DNA of 64,000 bases from Macrostomum lignano (GCA_002269645.1 NIVC01002827.1:62001-126000); one strand, 5' to 3'. Positions 35,401 to 47,319 are shown, counted from the first letter of the stretch. The notes: generated by a model not told the origin, from the sequence alone. Numbers and translations are program-made.

Positions 35401-38400
35401 CTCCAGTGGCTAACAGGTGACTCTAGTGTCTAACAGGTGACTCTAGTGTCTAACAGGTGACTCTAGTGTCTAACAGGTGACTCTAGTGTCTAACAGGTGA
35501 CTCTAGGCTAACAGGTGACTCTAGTGTCTAACAGGTGACTCTAGTGTCTAACAGGTGACTCTAGTGTCTAACAGGTGACTCTAGTGTCTAACAGGTGACT
35601 CTAGTGTCTAACAGGTGACTCTAGTGTCTAACAGGTGACTCTAGTGTCTAACAGGTGACTCTAGTGTCTAACAGGTGACTCTAGTGTCTAACAGGTGACT
35701 CTAGTGTCTAACAGGTGACTCTAGTGTCTAACAGGTGACTCTAGTGTCTAACAGGTGACTCTAGTGTCTAACAGGTGACTCTAGTGTCTAACAGGTGACT
35801 CTAGTGTCTAACAGGTGACTCTAGTGTCTAACAGGTGACTCCAGTGGCTAACAGGTGACTCTAGTGTCTAACAGGTGACTCTAGTGTCTAACAGGTGACT
35901 CCAGTGGCTAACAGGTGACTCTAGTGTCTAACAGGTGACTCTAGTGTCTAACAGGTGACTCTAGTGGCTAACAGGTGACTCTAGTGTCTAACAGGTGACT
36001 CTAGTGTCTAACAGGTGACTCTAGTGGCTAACAGGTGACTCTAGTGTCTAACAGGTGACTCTAGTGTCTAACAGGTGACTCCAGGGGCTAACAGGTGACT
36101 CTAGTGTCTAGCAGGTGACTCTAGTGTGGCTAACAGGTGACTCTAGTGTCTAACAGGTGACTCTAGTGTCTAACAGGTGACTCTAGTGTCTAACAGGTGA
36201 CTCTAGTGTCTAGCAGGTGACTCTAGTGTCTAACAGGTGACTCTAGTGTCTAACAGGTGACTCTAGTGTCTAACAGGTGACTCTAGTGTCTAACAGGTGA
36301 CTCTAGTGTCTAACAGGTGACTCTAGTGTCTAACAGGTGACTCTAGTGTCTAACAGGTGACTCTAGTGTCTAACAGGTGACTCTAGTGTCTAACAGGTGA
36401 CTCTAGTGTCTAACAGGTGACTCTAGTGTCTAACAGGTGACTCCAGGGGCTAACAGGTGACTCTAGTGTCTAGCAGGTGACTCTAGTGTCTAACAGGTGA
36501 CTCTACTGGCTAGCAGGTGACTCTAGTGTCTAACAGGTGACTCCAGTGGCTAACAGGTGACTCTAGTGTCTAACAGGTGACTCTAGTGTCTAGCAGGTGA
36601 CTCTAGTGGCTAACAGGTGACTCTAGTGTCTAGCAGGTGACTCTAGTGTCTAACAGGTGACTCTAGTGTCTAACAGGTGACTCTAGTGTCTAGCAGGTGA
36701 CTCTAGTGTCTAACAGGTGACTCTAGTGTCTAACAGGTGACTCTAGTGTCTAACAGGTGACTCCAGTGGCTAACAGGTGACTCTAGTGTCTAACAGGTGA
36801 CTCTAGTGTCTAGCAGGTGACTCTAGTGTCTAACAGGTGACTCTAGTGTCTAACAGGTGACTCTAGTGTCTAACAGGTGACTCTAGTGTCTAACAGGTGA
36901 CTCTAGTGTCTAACAGGTGACTCCAGTGCTAACAGGTGACTCTAGTGTCTAACAGGTGACTCTAGTGTCTAACAGGTGACTCTAGTGGCTAACAGGTGAC
37001 TCTAGTGTCTAGCAGGTGACTCTAGTGTCTAACAGGTGACTCTAGTGTCTAACAGGTGACTCTAGTGTCTAACAGGTGACTCTAGTGTCTAACAGGTGAC
37101 TCTAGTGTCTAACAGGTGACTCTAGTGTCTAACAGGTGACTCTAGTGTCTAACAGGTGACTCTAGTGTCTAACAGGTGACTCTAGTGTCTAACAGGTGAC
37201 TCTAGTGTCTAACAGGTGACTCTAGTGTCTAACAGGTGACTCTAGTGTCTAACAGGTGACTCTAGTGTCTAGCAGGTGACTCTAGTGTCTAACAGGTGAC
37301 TCTAGTGTCTAACAGGTGACTCTAGTGTCTAACAGGTGACTCTAGTGTCTAACAGGTGACTCTAGTGTCTAACAGGTGACTCTAGTGTCTAACAGGTGAC
37401 TCTAGTGTCTAACAGGTGACTCTAGTGTCTAGCAGGTGACTCTAGTGTCTAACAGGTGACTCTAGTGTCTAACAGGTGACTCTAGTGTCTAACAGGTGAC
37501 TCTAGTGTCTAACAGGTGACTCTAGTGTCTAACAGGTGACTCTAGTGTCTAACAGGTGACTCTAGTGTCTAACAGGTGACTCTAGTGTCTAACAGGTGAC
37601 TCTAGTGTCTAACAGGTGACTCTAGTGTCTAACAGGTGACTCTAGTGGCTAACAGGTGACTCTAGTGTCTAACAGGTGACTCTAGTGTCTAACAGGTGAC
37701 TCTAGTGTCTAACAGGTGACTCTAGTGTCTAACAGGTGACTCTAGTGTCTAACAGGTGACTCTAGTGTCTAACAGGTGACTCTAGTGTCTAACAGGTGAC
37801 TCTAGTGTCTAACAGGTGACTCTAGTGTCTAACAGGTGACTCTAGTGTCTAACAGGTGACTCTAGTGTCTAACAGGTGACTCTAGTGTCTAACAGGTGAC
37901 TCTAGTGTCTAACAGGTGACTCTAGTGTCTAACAGGTGACTCTAGTGTCTAACAGGTGACTCTAGTGTCTAACAGGTGACTCTAGTGTCTAACAGGTGAC
38001 TCTAGTGTCTAACAGGTGACTCTAGTGTCTAACAGGTGACTCTAGTGTCTAACAGGTGACTCTAGTGTCTAACAGGTGACTCTAGTGTCTAGCAGGTGAC
38101 TCTAGTGTCTAACAGGTGACTCTAGTGTCTAACAGGTGACTCTAGTGTCTAACAGGTGACTCTAGTGTCTAACAGGTGACTCTAGTGTCTAACAGGTGAC
38201 TCTAGTGTCTAACAGGTGACTCTAGTGTCTAACAGGTGACTCTAGTGTCTAACAGGTGACTCTAGTGTCTAACAGGTGACTCTAGTGTCTAACAGGTGAC
38301 TCTAGTGTCTAACAGGTGACTCTAGTGTCTAACAGGTGACTCTAGTGTCTAACAGGTGACTCTAGTGTCTAACAGGTGACTCTAGTGGCTAACAGGTGAC

Positions 38401-41355
38401 TCTAGTGTCTAACAGGTGACTCTAGTGTCTAACAGGTGACTCTAGTGTCTAACAGGTGACTCTAGTGTCTAACAGGTGACTCTAGTGTCTAACAGGTGAC
38501 TCTAGTGTCTAACAGGTGACTCTAGTGTCTAACAGGTGACTCTAGTGTCTAACAGGTGACTCTAGTGTCTAACAGGTGACTCTAGTGTCTAACAGGTGAC
38601 TCTAGTGTCTAACAGGTGACTCTAGTGTCTAACAGGTGACTCTAGTGTCTAACAGGTGACTCTAGTGTCTAACAGGTGACTCTAGTGTCTAACAGGTGAC
38701 TCTAGTGTCTAACAGGTGACTCTAGTGTCTAACAGGTGACTCTAGTGTCTAACAGGTGACTCTAGTGTCTAACAGGTGACTCTAGTGTCTAACAGGTGAC
38801 TCTAGTGTCTAACAGGTGACTCTAGTGTCTAACAGGTGACTCTAGTGTCTAACAGGTGACTCTAGTGTCTAACAGGTGACTCTAGTGTCTAACAGGTGAC
38901 TCTAGTGTCTAACAGGTGACTCTAGTGTCTAACAGGTGACTCTAGTGTCTAACAGGTGACTCTAGTGTCTAACAGGTGACTCTAGTGTCTAACAGGTGAC
39001 TCTAGTGTCTAACAGGTGACTTTAGTGTCTAACAGGTGACTCTTCTCTCCAACCAAATGACTCTAGTATCGAACCAGATGACTCAGTTTCTAAAATGTGA
39101 ATTGAATATCTATACAGTTAACACTAGTGTATAACAGTTGATTCAAATATCTAACAGGTCACAAGTGTCTAATGTTTAATTGCCTGCCACCCGAACTTTC
39201 AACCACCACTGCAGTCGGTTCATCTCGCCGAATACTTTGAAGCCAAGATTCGGGCCGACTCGCGATTCGAAATTATCGCCGAACGAAACCTGGGTTTGGT
39301 GACGTTTCGACTGAAGGTTCGACTATTAATGATACCTGAATTTCAAAGAAGTCTTGGATAGAGTTTAGCTGGTATTAAGGCTAAAAGTGCATGTATCGTT
39401 GTACTTTATCACATCACTCTCGTCTAAATGAAGCTTCCTATTTGTGTTCGGGATCAGTTTAAACGATTGATTTCACTATTGAAACGATAAAGTGATATTA
39501 GCAGCTGGATTTTGCACGAAGCGCAGTCTGAGGCTGTTATTTATAAAAGTCAATCTGTTATCGTTTAAAGTCCTTCTGATCGTTCAAGGTCACTCTCTCA
39601 TCGTTCAAAGTCACTCTCTTATCCTTCGAGGTCAGTCTCTTATCTTTCAAGGTCACTCTCTTATGCTCGTATCGCTCAAGGCCTGTCTCTTATCGTTCAA
39701 GGTCAGTCTCTTACGCTCTTATCGTTCAAGGTCAGTCTCTTACGCTCTTATCGTTCAAGGTCAGTCTCTTACGCTCTTATCGTTCAAGGTCAGTCTCTTA
39801 CGCTCTTATCGTTCAAGGTCAGTCTCTTACGCTCTTATCGTTCAAGGTCAGTCTCTTACGCTCTTATCGTTCAAGGTCAGTCTCTTACGCTCTTATCGTT
39901 CAAGGTCACTCTCTTATGATCTTATCATTAAAGGTCACGTTTTTATCAAATTCAAGGTCAGTGTCGTATTAAACGTATCGATCAATCGCATTAAAACACA
40001 ATAATGCCCGAAGCCTCTACTTCTAGTAGCAATGTTAGATAAAAATACAACGATCCTCCTAGGGCGACAATGTGAACACAGAGACGCTACTGAAGCGGGT
40101 GAACAAATCCGGCCAGATCCACATGGTCCCAGCCGCTTTGAAAGGCCGCTACATCATCCGTTACACGGTCACCTCGCCCATGACCACCGAAGCTGACTTG
40201 GACTTCGACTACTCCGTCATTAGCGACATCGCTGGTCGAGTTTTGGCCGACGTCGGGCGTGAGCAGCAGCTCCAGCAGCAGAAACAGAAACAGCTGCTAC
40301 AACTGCAGCAACAGCAGCAACTGCAGTTGCCGCAGCAACCGATGCCACAGCAGCCGAGACGGCCACCAAAGAGAATCGGCGACTATCGAATGTCTCTGTT
40401 GCTAAGCAACGTGACATCCCAGCCGAAGTTTGTCGACAGCTCGTTCGCCGCTCTTACTGACAGTCGAGAGTTGGCCAGGGTTGGTGGCTTGTCCATCCCT
40501 AATCCCATACCTCTGATCCCATAACCCTAATCCCATATCTCCAATCCAATATCCCTGATCCCCATATACCATATCTCTAATCCCACATCTCAAATCTCTA
40601 ATCCCATATCCCTGACCACATATCCCATATCCCTAATCCCATACCTCAAATCTCTAATTCGATATCCCATATACCTAATCCCGTATCTCCAATCCCATAT
40701 CCCTAATCCCATATCTCCAATCCAATATCCCTAGTCCCATACCTCTGATCCTATAGCCTTTATATGGCGTTTTTTCGTAATATCCCTGGTATCGTATCGA
40801 TAATTCAAAAATCAATAACTTTAATTCCAAATATCGGCTGCTTAATCTCACAAGAAAGCGCATCCTGAATCCCCAACTATCCAGGACTTCCGCAGCCAGC
40901 TGTCCGTGTGGGTGAGCAGTCGACCCTTGTCATTCTCCCCAATCGCCGGGGGTCGTTCGGCGGCCGCCGCCGCAGCCGCAGCGATGCGCGGTCAGAAAAG
41001 TCTCGACTTTGGCGGCGGCTGCCTGCCGCCGCAGTCGCAGAGCTCTTCGACGATGTCGTCTTGTCGGCGTTTAGTTCGACCTTCTCGTGGCCGTCTGAAC
41101 TCGCTGGACTCCAAAGTCGACGGCCTGGTGGTGAGCAGCGTCAGCGAGGCGGACGGGGACGCGGAGGCTGCGGCGGCTGAGGAGGAAGAAGAAGATGAAG
41201 ATGAGAGCATCTGCGATGGTGAGGTGGATGAAGAAGACGACGGCGAGGACGCGGATGACGGCGACAAAGAGGAAGCTGATCAGGATGACGCCAACAATTG
41301 CGATGAAAAAGGATCAGGATCTGTTGGAGACGACGCCAAGAAGTCCGGCTATTGA
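20900..41355 (+). CDS. HDC: Histidine decarboxylase (group II PLP-dependent). Exons 20900-21100, 21219-21455, 23704-23844, 24718-24928, 25246-25408, 25574-25664, 25743-25841, 39215-39316, 40063-40479, 40855-41355; ~720 aa
   Basis: [25 protein letters not shown]; [17 protein letters not shown]; SDQ|AHSSVEKA; [13 protein letters not shown]; [10 protein letters not shown]; PLP lysine in FNPSKW (25371-25373); [12 protein letters not shown]; AIDFM|[11 protein letters not shown] has Ser where DDC has Gly. The C-terminal SLLLSN...SFAA, AHPESP and SLDS motifs resemble insect Hdc as I recall it. All junctions are phase-consistent; intron 3 needs a GC donor. The exon 10 start (40855 vs 40885) is uncertain. 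Confidence 0.88.
21478..22571. repeat. 27-bp minisatellite TGATTGTCACTCTCTCCTGTGATTGAG (HDC intron 2)
   Basis: About 40 copies. Confidence 0.95.
22915..23680. repeat. (ATCA)n microsatellite (HDC intron 2)
   Basis: Direct inspection. Confidence 0.95.
24169..24264. other. Near-perfect 35-bp stem hairpin (MITE or pre-miRNA-like) in HDC intron 3
   Basis: TCATACATCGATTTTTTGTGCTTAAATGGTCTATG pairs with CATAGACCATTTAAGCACGCAAAATCGATGTATGA (2 mismatches); 26-nt loop. Confidence 0.7.
24325..24642 (-). mobile_element. tRNA-derived CORE-type SINE in HDC intron 3
   Basis: The minus strand has a tRNA-like head with A box (TAGTCTAGTGG) and B box (GGTTCGATTCC). It is followed by TGTGTCCTTGAGCAAGACACTTAACTC...CAGCTGTAAAATGGG, closely resembling the MIR CORE, then a 3' hairpin and an (ATTAAATT)-like tail. 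Confidence 0.75.
24958..25140. repeat. ~13-bp ACACTTCTCAGAG repeats (HDC intron 4)
   Basis: Direct inspection. Confidence 0.85.
25870..39042. repeat. 13.2-kb satellite of the 20-bp unit AACAGGTGACTCTAGTGTCT filling HDC intron 7
   Basis: About 650 head-to-tail copies with a small set of recurring variants. Confidence 0.99.
39575..39930. repeat. 29-bp minisatellite CTTATCGTTCAAGGTCAGTCTCTTACGCT (HDC intron 8)
   Basis: Direct inspection. Confidence 0.9.
40497..40750. repeat. ~14-bp CCTAATCCCATATC repeats (HDC intron 9)
   Basis: Direct inspection. Confidence 0.85.
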
Positions 41356-42362
41356 AGGCCGATTATCGAAATTTTGCAGGTTCGGGTTGGTTCTAATTTA
41401 TTTAACAACTTTGAGAACATTTTCTAGCGTCGATTTCTGGTTTTACTTCTGCAGAAATCATATTTTTTGAATGGGATTGAATAATTTACTTCAAAGGTTT
41501 TATTGGTACTTTTATCAAGTGTTGGAAATTGATTTTAGACCAATAGCTGTATTTAAGTCCACTGTCTGCGACCTATAAATTTAGCAATATGCAGTAGTAT
41601 TTTTCAGTAGTATTTTAGTTTTTCTGCGCTTAAATGTTGCTACATGTATTTCAAATTAACTGATCCTTTGCTGTTGTATGTTAATGTATTACCTTAGCAA
41701 GCTGTGTGCACGCTGTACGCGTATTTATAATCGTAAATAATGTTTCCTATAATAGCTACGGCGGACTGTATTTGCACGCCTATAGATTCTTAGATTTTTA
41801 GAACCTAGCCAAGAACGTTATAATTATCTATTAATTGTTTTTATTTCCTCTTTATTTGTTTTTGTGTACACTAAGAAAGCACATTGGAGTATAATCTTAG
41901 ATTGTCTTTATCCGTCGGCATTGAAACACATCAGACAGAAAAAATTAGAGCACTAACCATTTTTTGTTTTATTTTGTTTAATCGCTTAAATACTACGTTA
42001 AAAGATATTAATCCGTCAGTTCGTCTGCATATCGTAGATAAATATTGTACTTTAGAAATGATTGCACACGGCTATTGAAATTATTTGTTGCTGTTATTCA
42101 AAATTTATTCATTTATTAGTAAAACTAAAATGTTTAAATTAATATTACATTGACGGACAATATATCAATACGAGTAAACTTTTTGTTAGTTTGTTAGTCT
42201 GAGCACTTTTAATAGTGCCCAATAAATATTGACTATGGTATTTATTGCCAGATCGACTACTAACAATAGTGCTTCAGTTTCACGGCCCGCTGAGAAAGTC
42301 TATGGTAAAGGTACAAAAATTAGATGTCTATAAAAGACTCGGAAAGTCTATTGGAAAGTTTA

Positions 42363-42706
42363 TATTGGTTTTGTCAGCCTAACTGAGAATAAAGCCATCC
42401 AAAGTGAGAATCCCGCCTACACTGACCGCGAAGGGCCCGGCTGCGTGCAGCCTTAGTCCATGGGCCATAGACAATAAAGGACAAGCAAAGTGATAAAAAG
42501 CCATCCAATGTGAGAATCGATTGGTCTATGCGTCGTATTCTTTTATTTTTATACCTTCTGAGCCATATGACTAGCCAATCCTAGCCTATCCTTTATAGTC
42601 TATGGCCCATAGACTAGGCTGGACACAGCTAGGCCCTTCGTATTCAGCGTAGGCAGGATTCTCACTTTGGATGGCTTTATTCTCAGTTAGGCTGACAAAA
42701 CCAATA
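42363..42706. mobile_element. MITE with ~118-bp imperfect terminal inverted repeats
   Basis: 42363-42480 is the reverse complement of 42590-42706. The outer TA dinucleotides may be a TA TSD. No coding capacity. Confidence 0.75.
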
Positions 42707-42829
42707 CCAGTAACATGTGGTGGTGTATTGCATTTGCAAATTTTATTGGCGGCAGTGATAATGGATGTCTTTCTGCGATAGCTTTACACTTCTATTAGCT
42801 ATTTAATAATTGTACAGTAAGTTAGTGCA

Positions 42830-43096
42830 GGCCTCATGAAGCTACCGAATCGACTAACTTTCAAATTTCAAAGTTACATTCGCGCCTCGATCTGAGCATC
42901 ATTCGGACGTTTGTCAAACCGCGACGTACTCGACGTCAACATAAGTCGCTAGAAAATTGGTGTTTTTACGTTACGCCGACGGATGGCAAGGCTATACCGG
43001 TACGTCGGCCGAATGTGGGAGTAATGTAACTTATTTAATAGCGACGTCGAAGCGTTGGCCAATGTCGCCGAAGTCGGATTTTGCTGTATGGGCCCC
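42830..43096. mobile_element. Possible degenerate MITE
   Basis: Loosely inverted termini GGCCTCAT...AATCGACT / AGTCGGATT...ATGGGCCC, plus an internal inverted AAGTTACATT / AATGTAACTT. Confidence 0.3.
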
Positions 43097-44330
43097 GTAA
43101 GCATACTGAAACTCAGCATCAGAATTGTGCATCCAGGTCAGAAAAACCCGTCGCGTCACTGGCTAGATCGGACACAATCCATATAAATATTTGCTAACTA
43201 CAGCACAAATTTACATGCAGCATAAATAATATCAGATCGGGATCGAGCAGCTTAACGAAAAACGCATGTGACTCTCGCGTCACAATTCAGCTAGGAGCAT
43301 GCAATTTGCCAGTGGGTTGTCGGTTGTCGTGCGACAACCCACAATTAGAACAAATTGTGGCACAATATCCGTAAAAAATCGTGTAGTGATTACCGCTGTA
43401 AAAATCGATCGCGAAATTTTAGCGTACCCGTCGATGGAAGTCTTTAACAAAGCAGGTAATTTTTATTACGCCGACGGATAGCGACGTTTAAAGTAGGATA
43501 GCTCGTACTAGTAATTTTCGTTGTATTATATACATATGGTTTACTCGTAGTAAATATAAGTATATATGTAGCATATATTTCGATAGATTCGAAAAACGAG
43601 TTGGCAAGCATATTGCGAATCAAGCCCTCTTAAACGACTAACTGAGTGGGGGGAATTTAGAAACAGAAAAGTACTGTACAAATTAAGAAGCATTCAAAAA
43701 ATGTAGAAGGAAAATACGGATTTACCCACTAAAATAGAACGTAATAAACCATATTAGTAGCTGGAAATTACACATACAACAATGCATATATCATAACAGC
43801 GTACCATTTCATACCATTAGCAACCCTTTCCGAGTGACGCCGATAGACGTCGCAATTATCAGATGCCAGTAGTTAACACAACTTGTTAACACATGCCAGT
43901 AGATTATCGTAAGATATTGAGAAATAGCATTAATATTTTACGTGAAAATAACATGGATAAATACAGAATGTGATAGACACACAGCTATAATTGATTGGAC
44001 AACTATAGACACTATTAGCACGATTCAAAGACGAATTAATTGGATCTTTAAGTGAATTAATTTAACAGATTTTCCAATTAAATGTATGATCATATGCACT
44101 GAAATTGCAGTGCTTTCTGAACAGTTTAGATCAGCACAACGCAAATGTAAATAAAATTTAATTCAATATTAAAAAATTGAATGACACGAAGTTCATGTTT
44201 TGTTTTTAGTTCACGTTAAGGTCGTTATGAGGACTTACATTATAAAGTTCTTTTATACCACCTTCTTGCACTTATGACCTATGAGCCACTAAATTACACG
44301 ATTGACGAAAAACGAGCACAAGCCATGTGA

Positions 44331-44399
44331 CAAGGACCACTCTAAAAGTTACCGTTGTCTACGTTGTTGTGTTTTTATGGTAACTTCTAGTGGTCCTTG
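44331..44399. mobile_element. 69-bp micro-MITE with 8-bp TSD (hAT- or P-like)
   Basis: TIR CAAGGACCACT / AGTGGTCCTTG, flanked by the direct repeat CCATGTGA at 44323-44330 and 44400-44407. Confidence 0.75.
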
Positions 44400-44525
44400 C
44401 CATGTGATCGCTATTAAAATTAGCTTCGCTGAATGAAGGTGTGATCGAGTCCTAGAAGGTTTTCTATACTTCAACTATGCCCTTGCAATACTTGCTTCTG
44501 GTGAGGTTAGAGTACAACAGATATA

Positions 44526-47319
44526 TTAAAGCGTCTCTAGTATTACGCCAGGAACTCTACCAGGCTTACTGACATATACAACGACATCGTAGATATTTTC
44601 AACTTCACTTCTATCATTGGAACTACCGTTTAGAATGATGTCAGTAGCTGGTTGCTGAGCCGTTCGTCTCGAACGCCGGCGGAGCCAGAATCCAAGCGCT
44701 ATCAAAGCGCCACAACCGAGCACTACAGCAGACAGCAGCAGAGCCAGTCGACGATAGAAACTTGCCGGATCGACGCTTTCAGCGATCAAATCAGAGTTCA
44801 CCATCATCTTCTTAAGGCTCTCTGACCTATCTGAGTTAATCAGCTGGTCTTCGAATGCAGTAGAGTAGAAACAAGTCGGATCTTCAGCACAGATTGTGTC
44901 GCTACCGTTGTACTCCACTTTCCGAGAGTATCTTACCAGTTCTATATGGCCGAGGACTTCAATGTCAGGGTAGTGATAGTTAAACACCGCGGTGAGCGAA
45001 CCCGATTTCTTTGACGCTTGTTCTTTAAAAAGGTTCAGTAAATTTGGCGTGCTCTTCATGGCGGCAACGTTTACGCTAAAAATGAGTTGACCATTTTTAT
45101 TGTCATACTCGATGCTCAATGCGTCTTGCCAATCGCATTCGATTAGGAATGCTCGTGTGAGCGCGAGTCCGTTTAGACTGAAATGTCCAGTAAAGCGAGC
45201 TCCAGAAGATGTTACAGACTCAAGGAACCGTCGCTCGATAGAAAACTTCCAGTCAATGCAACTGTAAATCAGGCACAGATGTTTCCATGAGCAGTGACTC
45301 GCACTGCTAGCTGTGACATGGGCTGCTGGGAGAATTTCGGGAACTAAAACGATGTGGGAGCGAGCACGCATCCAGTACATCGGCAGTTCGGGCTCACCGT
45401 CTTGTATAGATTGCACTGTACATACAAAAGTATTTGCGTCTTCAAATGAAGCTGAAGTATTTATTCCGTAGAAACGATTCAAATTATTTTCAGTCGGAGG
45501 TAAGTATGCAGTCTGTTTGGTAAGAATCGACGAAAACAGCGAGTTTCTTTGAGTTTTAGTTTTATAATTGACACTTATTCGCGTGTCTGCTTGTTCCGAC
45601 ACTTCAGTCTCGCAAGTCAGGTTTATGCTGTCACCCTCAGCTACCAAAACTCGATCTGGAGGGTACCTCAGTCCCTGTGGTGGAACAACTACATGAACTT
45701 GTATATGTGCAGACACTCCTCCTGCTCTGCACATGTAGTCACCACCGTGACTTTTCTGCGACAGTTTCTTTGGCAGTTCGATCACGTGACCTCCAGTCGC
45801 GATCTTTATTCCATTGGCAAGCGTTGTCCATTGCTTAGTAGGGTAACCTGTTGACAATTGAGCAATCAAAGACTGATTGTTGTGGTAAAACTCGGATTGA
45901 CGACTCCCGATCGCCGAGTTGCACACAATCGGACAAGCTAAATGAGAGCGCACCATTCCTGATCGAAGAGTTACACTTCTTCTTTTCTTACCAACAAGAC
46001 TGCATTTTGCACCGCGAACTACAAGTGGTGTTCCAGACTGTCTTGTGCTCGGAAGAGACAAGCGTCCAACTCTTCGGCGAACCTCGTAAGGTTCCCGTTC
46101 GCCAGAAAGTGACAGAATGACGCAAAATGTGACGTCTCCTGTGCTGCGTTGTTTCATTACATCCATGATGCCAATTGAGAACAATTTCAATCTACCTGTA
46201 GCCACGTCCAGTTGTGCATGCCGCATCAGATCCAAGTTCCACTGGTCTAGCTTCGTGTAGAAATTATTTGTTAGAATAACTGATCGGCTGAACTGCAGAT
46301 TCTGACAATGGTCTGGACTGAGCGCAAGGCCTACATTGATCAACGGCTGCAAGAATGGAGGAGCTGACTTGATCAGGTTGACTAAATTATCACTTATGAT
46401 TTGGACACTTTGCGCTCTGTCCACCTCTGACTCGATCATGCCTCGCGAAAACAAAGCATTCAGTATTTCCGATGCATTGTGAACCAAAGTAGGAATTTTC
46501 AACCAAGCATCCATGGTCCAAACGTAGAGTCGACCGCTTTCCATCAGAATCGTGCCATCGAAGCCTTTCCATACCACCTGCAGAATCAGCGCATCGCTAA
46601 ACTTCCCGGCGAGAGCTGATCTTTCGAAACGCCAGTTGGATTTTTCAACAAGTCTAATCAGTAATTCTGTGCGGTCTATTGAGAACAGCTCGAAAGGACT
46701 GCCGGCTGTCAAGCAAAGCTTCTCATTCCTTGTCGTTACCAGCCGATCTTTAAAGTTCCCCTGTAGTAAAGCAGTTTCAGAAGCACCTTGTTTACATTTA
46801 TATCGCAGATAAATACTGTTGTACGCTTCGATATGCTTCGCTAATGAAGGAAAGTCAACTTTGATTTTGAGCACGTGACTGGGTGACTCAGCAGATAAAA
46901 CGGCCAGCTGTGCTGTTCTCTGTTGACTAGCAAACCATGTGTCGCCCCACATCAGCAAATTCTGGTTGTTGGATGCTACCAGAGCGAAATCCATTTGTAA
47001 AAGCAGCGCTGTAGCAACAATCTGAATGAGTTGTAAATGAATTAATTTGTCAATAGAAATGAAAAGCAATGCAAAATTGTTTAGCAAATTTATTGCGAAC
47101 GTTGGCTCAGTATCTAATATAGCTGAGCTGTTGGTGTAAAATTGAGGAGATACTTAGTCATCTGCCTATTTGTCAACCGACGGATTCTGGTCATTAGTGT
47201 ATATGCAAGTAGACTTTAGATTTTCTACAAGGTAATATACTATTAAAGTACTATACTATTGAAGGAAAAATTTCAAAAAAATATATAGAATTTTTATTTA
47301 CCAAAATATTCAGCGGCAT
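44526..47319 (-). CDS. Uncharacterised type I membrane protein with two Ig-like domains, copy A. Exons 47319-47302 and 47021-44526; ~837 aa
   Basis: Micro-exon MPLNIL (TTG|GTAAAT, phase 0) plus acceptor TTCAG|ATT gives the signal peptide MPLNILIVATALLLQMDFALVA. Ig hallmarks: SHGGDYMC, VLVAEGDSINLTC, SASFEDANTFVC. N-glycosylation sequons NAS, NQS, NLT, NTS, NGS. TM segment LALLLSAVVLGCGALIALGFWL, stop-transfer RRRSRR, 50-aa tail. Confidence 0.82.

Noticed and set aside
25870-39042. CRISPR array
   Set aside because: Head-to-tail 20-mers with no unique spacers, no cas genes, and it lies inside a spliceosomal intron.
44526-44540. Class I PDZ-binding C-terminus (LETL)
   Set aside because: The -2 residue is Glu rather than Ser/Thr, and copy B does not share it.
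47022-47087. TTG start and first 22 residues of the 853-aa ORF (likewise the TTG start at 49796)
   Set aside because: Non-ATG starts; matching splice acceptors and upstream ATG exons give better models with signal peptides.
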